A stretch of DNA of 8,931 bases, from contig NW_021828186.1 in the NCBI RefSeq assembly GCF_006345805.1, positions 1-8,931 on the forward strand, given 5' to 3'. This document shows positions 7,193 through 8,931 of this stretch, piece by piece; the first letter of the stretch is position 1; each line of letters starts with the position of its first letter. This DNA is from Octopus sinensis. Its lineage: Eukaryota. The position numbers and the translations under genes are program-made. The notes beneath the pieces are model-generated. The model was not told where the DNA came from, ran no database searches, and worked only from the letters and a program-made list of their open reading frames with translations.

Positions 7193-7530
7193 CCATCTAG
7201 TAGTAAACAAGCCGCTATCAGAACGTGGTTAATCGCTGAACGCCACAGAACTCTGTGGAAGTGTTGCATACGGTGTTTTTTTTTTTTTTTTTTTTGGTAC
7301 CAATTCCGTGTTGTTTCTCTGTAGCCATGTATACAGAATAGGTAATGGGGTAGACAATGGGGAAACTACTTCCTGGTATCTTAACGAGTTGATTTGGAAA
7401 TCGATAAAAATCCCGATCGGCCAAATTCCAAATTCCATATGATATCTTGAACGCCTAAGAGTAGTTTAGAAGGAGACACGAAAGAAAGGAAGAAGAAAAT
7501 ATCATCTTCATGAAATACCTTGGATTATAT

Positions 7531-7919
7531 AGGCGCAGGAGTGGCTGTGTGGTAAGTAGCTTGCTAACCAACCACATGGGTCCCACTGCGTGGCATCTTG
7601 GGCAAGTGTCTTCTGCTAAAGCCCCGGGCCGACGTTGTGAGTAGATTTGGTAGACGGAAACTGAAAGAAGCCTGTCGTATATATGTATTTATATATATGT
7701 ATATGTATGTGTATGTGTTTGTGTGTGTGTTTGTCCCCCTAGCATTGCTTGACAACCGGTGCTGGTGTCTTTACGTCCCCGTCACTTAGCGGTTCGGCAA
7801 AAGAGACCGATAGAATAAGTACTGGGCTTACAAAGAATAAGTCCCGGGGGTCGATTTGCTCGACTAAAGGTGATGCTCCAGCATGGCCGCAGTCAAATGA
7901 CTGAAACATGTAAAAGAGA
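7531..7919 (+). mobile_element. Full-length SINE family A (tRNA head, CORE-like domain, internal TA/TG microsatellite, 3' tail); octopus CORE-SINE-like
   Basis: A-box-like TGGCTGTGTGG at 7542-7552 and CORE-like CTTGGGCAAGT at 7597-7607. Microsatellite at ~7678-7731. Tail at 7732-7919 ending GTCAAATGACTGAAACATGTAAAAGAG. Head and tail are each homologous to minus-strand pieces at 3178-4423. No clear target-site duplication. Confidence 0.93.
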
Positions 7920-8202
7920 TATGAATCTTGGAAAATCACCTTCGCTGAGGGTAACTTTACCATAACATCGTTTCGTACTCGTTAAAATAGAAACCGGTCA
8001 AGTTGTTACTGTCTTTGCATTTCTCTTTTTGTTTTATTGTTTGTTTTATTTTCTATTTCTTTTCAAGTTCTTCAGGACAGCTACCTCTCAAATGGCCCTT
8101 CCTGTCATGGGCGACGAAGCTGGGGTTTTTTTTTTACCTTTCAATCTCAGTTTCGTTGCTTTTCTTTACGAATGCGCTGCAAGACACTGCTTTGGAATGC
8201 TT

Positions 8203-8244
8203 TTATTTATTGTGTGTATGTGTGTATGTGTGTGTGTTTGTGTG
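8203..8244. repeat. (TG)n/(TATG) microsatellite
   Basis: Read directly. Confidence 0.9.
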
Positions 8245-8397
8245 TAAGGCTTGGCATTAAGATCTTGACGTCTAACTGACCCCGCCGATGACTTCAAGTC
8301 TCTTCGATGTACACCATCCGGCCGTATTGTACTGTAAAGACATTGACGAGCAAAGAGGGAACGCCATCACCAATGTTCCTCACTGTGACCCATGTGT

Positions 8398-8409
8398 TGT
8401 GACGTCACA
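8398..8409. promoter_or_regulatory. Full palindromic CRE-like motif TGTGACGTCACA
   Basis: 12-bp perfect palindrome containing the CREB/ATF consensus TGACGTCA (8400-8407). Motif match only. Confidence 0.3.
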
Positions 8410-8836
8410 TATATGATGGCACTAGTTTATCAACAGGGGTAAGACACCTTATCTCGAGCAATTTTCCTGCCTTATCTAAAAATGAAGAATAACGGTCTCA
8501 AAAGCCTCACTTCGAGCGATAGAGAAGATATCGCTCCGCACATCGGCCAGACAGGGCTACGTGGGTAGCTGTATTGAAAGTATATGAAAATATCTCGTGT
8601 TTAAAGAGATGTGGAGATATGTGAAGGGATTGTTCTCTTTGCGTATGCGATGTGATCGCCGTTTGATAAGTTCAGGCAAGGAGGTTTTCCCCTTTGTCTC
8701 ATATCACTGCCACGTGGTTCTTTTCTCAACATGCTAACCCAAACGAAAGGATTGCAGACAACTTTGTATTGCGCGAAATACAATTTTGTTCATGGTAAAA
8801 GTCTTGTTATCTTCAGTTTGCCAATATGTGATTTTG

Positions 8837-8931
8837 TGTGTGTGTGTGTGTGTGTGTGTGCGTGCGCCAGTTCGTGAATGCGTGAGTATGATTGTGTGCG
8901 CGGGCGTGTGTGTGTATGTGGGTGCTTGCGT
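8837..8931. repeat. (TG)n/(TGCG)n microsatellite running to the window end
   Basis: Read directly. Confidence 0.9.

Noticed and set aside
7210-7295. Hairpin CCACAGA/TCTGTGG (7243-7258) upstream of T20 as a Pol III ncRNA, terminator or Helitron end
   Set aside because: No A/B boxes or snoRNA boxes, the hairpin is 17 nt from the T-run, and the nearest CTAG is ~40 nt away, too far for a Helitron end.
7531-7600. tRNA gene
   Set aside because: It is the tRNA-derived head of a SINE; the B-box is deleted and no cloverleaf can be formed.

Overview
Eukaryotic, AT-rich, microsatellite-dense non-coding DNA, most likely intronic or intergenic octopus (coleoid cephalopod) sequence. The species call comes from my recognition of the SINE families, not from a search. 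No intact protein-coding gene, RNA gene or CRISPR array is supported, and nearly all supplied ORFs are microsatellite artefacts. The window holds two decayed 3' fragments of different RTE-clade LINEs on the minus strand (~2357-3150 and ~5154-5580). It also holds a tRNA/CORE-type SINE ('family A') with an internal microsatellite, present as one full plus copy at 7531-7919 and three minus-strand pieces at 3178-4423, and a head-to-tail dimer of a second, 5'-truncated tRNA-derived SINE ('family B', 4778-5153). The most unusual observations are a 75-bp near-perfect palindrome centred on a (TA)n tract, a self-complementary junction in the SINE-B dimer, and a stem-loop module shared by the two SINE families. 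I found no convincing novel multi-gene system.
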